A stretch of 64,000 nucleotides of DNA, taken from NCBI RefSeq assembly GCF_009914755.1, contig NC_060931.1, one strand, 5' to 3'. The notes under the pieces were generated by a model. That model saw only the letters and a program-made list of their open reading frames with translations. It had not been told where the DNA came from and ran no database searches. The stretch's first letter is position 1, and every line of letters starts with the position of its first letter. The DNA is from the human T2T-CHM13v2.0 reference genome, Homo sapiens. Both the position numbers and the translations under genes were made by a program. This document shows, in pieces, positions 60,166 through 64,000 of the stretch.

Positions 60166-60469
60166 ACCGCCACGTTCTCATGGGTCGCAGCCACTTGCTC
60201 CAAAGAGGGCTCTCAGCTGACGGCCCCTTTTTGGCTGACACTTGGTGCTCAGAGAGGCCTTATGGCAAGTACCCAGCACAGTGTCCGGCCCAGATCAGGC
60301 ACAGGACGCATCTTAACCATTAGCGTACTTTTGGGTGATTCTAAATACTCTGCTTCCTGGAAAATTCAGCCATCCCCAAAACCCCTTCCTCCCCCCAGGA
60401 GCCCACAGAACAGGAAAACATTTTGCTTTAGCTGGTGCTGCTGTTGCTCTGAAAAGAAAGTGGTCCCCC

Positions 60470-61082
60470 AGCCGGGCACAGTGGCTCACGCCTGTAATCC
60501 CAGCAGTCTGGGGGGCCAAGGTGGGAGGATCACTTGAGGTCAGGAGTTTGAGACCAGCCTGGCCAATATGGTGAATCCCCGTCTCTACTAAAAATACAAA
60601 ATTTAGCAAGGCGTGGTGGCAGGCGCCTATAATCTCAGCTACTCAGGAGGCTGAGGCAGGAGAATCACTTGAACCCTGGAGGCAGCAGTTGCAGTGAGCC
60701 AAGATCTAAGCCTGGGCAACAGAGCAGAAACTCCATCTCAAAAAAATACAAAATAAAATTTAAAAATAAATTTTTACTACCCAGCCTTGGGCTGGGTGTA
60801 GTGGCTCACGCCTGTAATCCCAGCACCTGGGGAGGCCGAGATGGGTGGATGACTTGAGGTCAGGAGTTTGAGGCCAGCCTGGCCAACATGGTGAAGCCCC
60901 ATCTCTGCTAAAAATACAAAAATTAGCCGGGTGCGGTGACATGCACCTGTCATCCCAGCTGTTCAGGAGGCTGAGGCAGGAGAATCACTTGAACCCAGAA
61001 GGCAGAGGTTGCAGTGAACCAATCATGCCACCATACTCCAGCTTGGATGACAGAGCGAGAATCTGTCTAAAAAAAAAAAAAA
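60470..61082 (+). mobile_element. Two tandem AluS (60470-60768, 60790-61082)
   Basis: Two dimers. Confidence 0.9.
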
Positions 61083-61534
61083 GCAGTTACTGGAAGGAGT
61101 TACCTTCATCATAGATCACTATTCCTATTTCTCAAGTTTCCACCGACTCCCCCTCTCTCCTCAAGGCCAGTCTTGGGCATGCCTTGCCTTTAGATGGCAC
61201 TTTAGGGCAATCTAATGTGCCCAACAGGAGAGCCTGGTTTGTTAAACGGGAGAGCCTTATCCTGTGAATATCAGTGCTCTATCCAGAACAGGTTCTCTGT
61301 GGTCTCAGAGGCAGTCCCCAGCTACCTAAGAAGTTTGGCAAAGCGAATGCACTTCTCAAGGTGCCAAAGCCACTCGGTGGACCCCAGTCTTAGGAGACAC
61401 CAGACAAGGCTGTAGGGACAGGTGCTGGCTCCGCAATGACACGGGTTCAGTTCCTAACTCGGTATTTCCTGTGTGGCCTTGACGGGTCTCTTAATCTCTT
61501 AAATTTCTTGGTCATAAAAAAATCAAAAGAAAAG

Positions 61535-61862
61535 TGAACCTTGAGGCCATTATGCCAGGGGAAATACGCCAGTCACAAAAAAAGACAAATACTGAATGAT
61601 TCCACCTGTATGAAGTATCTAGAGGAGCCAACTTCAGAGAGACAGAAAGTGCCACGGTGACTGCCAGGGACGAGGAGAGGAGGGAAATACGAAGTTGTTG
61701 TTAAATGGGTACAGAGTTTTGGTTTTGCAAGATGAAAACATTCTGGGGATTCATTGCACAACCACGTAAACGTCCTTGACGCTACTGAAAAGTACGCTAA
61801 TGGTTAAGATGGTAAATTTTATGCTTTGCGTAGTTTGCCACGATTTAAAATATGTTAAAAAA
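61535..61862 (+). mobile_element. L1 3' end (L1MB-like)
   Basis: gccagtcacaaaa.gacaaatactg.atgattccac; gggtacagagttt...aagatggtaaattttatg. Confidence 0.85.
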
Positions 61863-61957
61863 TTTTTTGAAAGAAAGGAAGGGAATTTAGCTAATGCTTC
61901 CTTTGCAAGATTGTTTCGAGGATTTGAGGTAAAATGCCAGAGTAAAAAGTAGATGGT

Positions 61958-62250
<293 letters not shown>

Positions 62251-62489
62251 AGAAGTAGATGCCTAAATAAATGTTAGTTCCGTAGCTGCTGAAGAAGCTC
62301 AGGTTTTGGGGGAATTGTAAAGTCCTGCCTTCAGGAAAGGGTGGTGAGGGGTAGAGGTGAGTTCTCACCAACAACTCAGCCAGAGTTTATAGCCTGATAC
62401 GGCTACATTAATAGAAATACAGTTTCTAGAATGAAGGAGGTGGTGATTCTGCTCATTGGCAGCAAGGAGTCCGTGCCTAGGAAATTCCA

Positions 62490-62811
<322 letters not shown>

Positions 62812-63166
62812 TAGACTGGAAGCCACAGTATAAGGAAAACAGCTCCTTGGAGTGCATTCAGAGATGACTCCATGGCCAGGACAGGGAGGGGCTCTAACAT
62901 AAAAAGAACTAGGGGGTTCGGAGACGTTCCTAATCTTGGGGTAGCAGGGAAAGACGGCAGCACCACTGGACAGCAGGAGCAAGAGGAATAATTTCAGGAA
63001 TCTGGGACGCGAAAAGATAAGGGGGAAGGGTCATGGGGGCATTTGTGGGTTCTGTCCTTGTAGTTCTCAAGAGCCGACCAGAAAGAAAGGCCAGGGGACG
63101 GAGCCAGGCTTTTTCTGAGAGACCCCTGTAGACCCCAGCCAAGCATAGAGGCTGGCGAGAGGAAAC

Positions 63167-63707
<541 letters not shown>

Positions 63708-64000
63708 GGAAGCTTATTCCCAGTGGTCTGGCTCTCCAGAGTTGCCACGCTGAAAGATGCTTGCTCTGGAGAGAGTGAGCTCCCTGTCACCAGAGCTATG
63801 CAAGCAGATTCAGGCCAGCCCTCCCAGAGAGCATGAGATGGGGAATCACGCACAGAGTGGACCGAAGGAGGGATTGAACAAGAAGGCTCAAAGGGTCCCT
63901 TTTGACCCTGAAGTCTAGGATTTCGTGAAGCTACAGGTGAACCCATTGGCATGAGAAGCATCCAGGGAGGAAAGATGCAAGCCCTTGGAATATCGAGAGA

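Overview
Human (or very closely related primate) genomic DNA from inside the CUX1 gene (cut-like homeobox 1, CDP/CASP), transcribed on the + strand. Four small coding exons (5232-5355, 12594-12670, 16103-16169, 59451-59499; 317 nt, recalled as exons 6-9) splice in frame with canonical GT-AG sites and encode part of the N-terminal coiled coil shared by the p200 transcription factor and the Golgi CASP isoform. The rest is intron, including one of 43.3 kb. About a third of the window is Alu (roughly 80 pieces). The remainder includes L1, L2 and MIR fossils, MST and MER41-like LTRs, DNA transposons (MER1A, Tigger2a-like, Tigger4-like, an Alu-split MADE1), minisatellites and microsatellites. Nearly all other ORFs in the track are Alu-derived or chance ORFs. 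I found no convincing new biological system. The best leads are: a CCAAT-ATCGAT-CCAAT cluster that could be a CUX1 autoregulatory site; cryptic or poison exon candidates in the long intron; a 330-bp local templated duplication preserving an empty AluY site; a minisatellite whose variants read as bidirectional CpG decay; and a HOX/PBX/MEIS-type motif cluster. Repeat subfamily names and boundaries are by eye and approximate.
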